A stretch of 64,000 bases of DNA, taken from assembly GCF_030684315.1 (NCBI RefSeq), contig NC_081359.1:36900470-36964469 (forward strand). Direction: 5' to 3'. Numbering within the stretch: the first letter of the stretch is position 1; every line of letters begins with the position of its first letter. The notes beneath the pieces were generated by a model. The model was not told the DNA's origin. It searched no databases and worked only from the letters and a program-made list of their open reading frames with translations. This stretch comes from Stegostoma tigrinum (lineage: Eukaryota). The position numbers and the translations under genes were made by a program. Shown in pieces: positions 62,655 through 64,000 of the stretch.

Positions 62655-62900
62655 GGCCATAGAGCCATAAAGCTGTACATCACAGAAACAGACCCTTTGG
62701 TCCAGCTCATCAATGTGGACCAGATATCCTAAATTAATCTAGTCTTATTTGCCAGTGATAGACACATATCCCTCTAAACTCATCCTATTTATGTAGCCAT
62801 CCAAATGCCTTTTAAATGTTGTAATTGTACCAGCCTCTGCCGCTTCCTCATTCCGTACATGCGCCACTCTCTGTATATTTTGTTTTCCCTTAGGTCCCTG
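62655..62900 (-). mobile_element. CR1/HER1 3' end
   Basis: catagagccataaagctgtacatcacagaaacagaccctttggtcc...aaatgccttttaaatgttgtaattgtaccagcctc. Confidence 0.8.
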
Positions 62901-62909
62901 TTAGATCTT

Positions 62910-63011
62910 GAAACAGAACAAAAATTGCTAGAAATGCTCAGCAGGTCTGGTAGCATCTATGAAGGAAAAAAACAGTTAATGTTTCGGGTCCGGTGGCCCT
63001 TCCTCAGAACT
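62910..63011 (-). mobile_element. PLE 3'-end fragment (family C) with hammerhead motif at 62974-63011
   Basis: The minus strand reads AGTT-CTGAGGA-A-GGGCC-ACCG-GACCC-GAAA-CATT-AACT, with a 4-bp stem I (AGTT/AACT). Confidence 0.7.
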
Positions 63012-63159
63012 AATGGTTCAAAATATGAAATGTGCTTCTCTGTCCATGGGTACTGCTCAAATGAGATGAGTTTATGCAGCATGCCTGTTGTGGGAAATTT
63101 AATGGAAACGCTGTACTGAAAAGTAAGAAATGGTTGACTATACCTACGCATGTGAACAT

Positions 63160-63335
63160 TGGCCATGGTATGCATGAGTCACAGGTAGACAGGATAGTGA
63201 AGAAGGTGTTTGGTACATATGCCCTCATTGGTCAGTGAGTAGATTACTGGAGTTGGGACGCCATGTTGTGGCTGTATAAGATATTGGTTAGGCCACTTTG
63301 GGAATACTGTGCTCAATTCTGATCTCCCTGTTATC
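63160..63335 (+). mobile_element. CR1 ORF2 fragment
   Basis: ESQVDRIVKKVFG...LYKILVRPLWEYCAQF. Confidence 0.7.
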
Positions 63336-63904
63336 ACTATGGTAAAAAGTTAATTCTCTGCACTGCTCACAGTTTTAAAATCTTGCATGGGATATAGGCA
63401 TCACTGGCAATGCCAGAATCTGTTCCCCAGCCCTAATTGCCCCTGAAATGAATGATCTACTAGTCTATTTCACATGGCAGTTAAGAGCTAATCACATTTC
63501 TGGAGTCTCATGTCAACTGTATCAGTTACAAATTACAGATTTCCTTCCTTAAATCATATAAGTAAACTAGATGGGCTTTCTGATCAATCATTATCTCGAC
63601 GCTTAGCTTCAGTTTCAGATAATTTAAATAATGGAAGGGTTTAGAAGGGCTGTTGGGTTACTGGCCTAATGACATTACCACTCTGAACTGCCTCTCTGCT
63701 AACCAGTAGTTCTTGTTTGCTGCAGTGGGATCTGGTCATCAAGCTCTACAGTCACACCATTTTTGTCAACCGAATTTCAAGGTCGAGTACCTTGTAGCTT
63801 CATGCAGTTAATAGCTGATATTACTACCTTTGACAGATCAGTGATAGTGAACTCGCTTACTGAACTGAAGACTATGTGACAGTGGTGACTTCAATGTGGC
63901 CAAA

Positions 63905-64000
63905 ATAGCACTTCGTTCAATGTAGTCTACTATACCTTGCTGCTCACAATGCGGTCTCCTCTACATTGGTGAGGCAAAATGGAGACTTGATGTTTGCTTT
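63905..64000 (+). mobile_element. PLE GIY-YIG fragment running off the window
   Basis: aatgtagtctac...tgctcacaatgcggtctcctctacattggtgaggcaaaatggagactt reads NVVY..CSQCGLLYIGEAKWRL. Confidence 0.7.

Overview
This is eukaryotic, AT-rich, CpG-depleted DNA, almost certainly from a shark or other elasmobranch. That call is inferred from HE1-type SINEs, HER1/CR1 LINE tails and Deu-core SINEs. No host protein-coding exon could be supported, so the window looks intergenic or intronic, and much of it is retroelement-derived. It holds decayed Gypsy internal regions, CR1, RTE and Rex1/Babar LINEs, and SINEs. Above all it holds many Penelope-like elements (PLEs; RT plus GIY-YIG endonuclease) from at least three families. 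Their 3' ends carry minimal type-I hammerhead ribozyme motifs (CTGATGA-N-stemII-GAAACGTC). The main signals are: (1) six fold-back (inverted) PLE insertions, five with recognisable target-site duplications (TSDs), in which only one arm carries a ~32-39 nt 3' tail; (2) a TSD-flanked, non-coding ~410 bp element with three hammerhead units and a 175-nt tandem period (retrozyme-like); (3) a ~213 bp inverted templated copy of neighbouring DNA inside a CR1; (4) a young PLE with an uninterrupted ~450-codon RT/GIY-YIG frame. Coordinates were read by eye, and boundaries of old elements are approximate.
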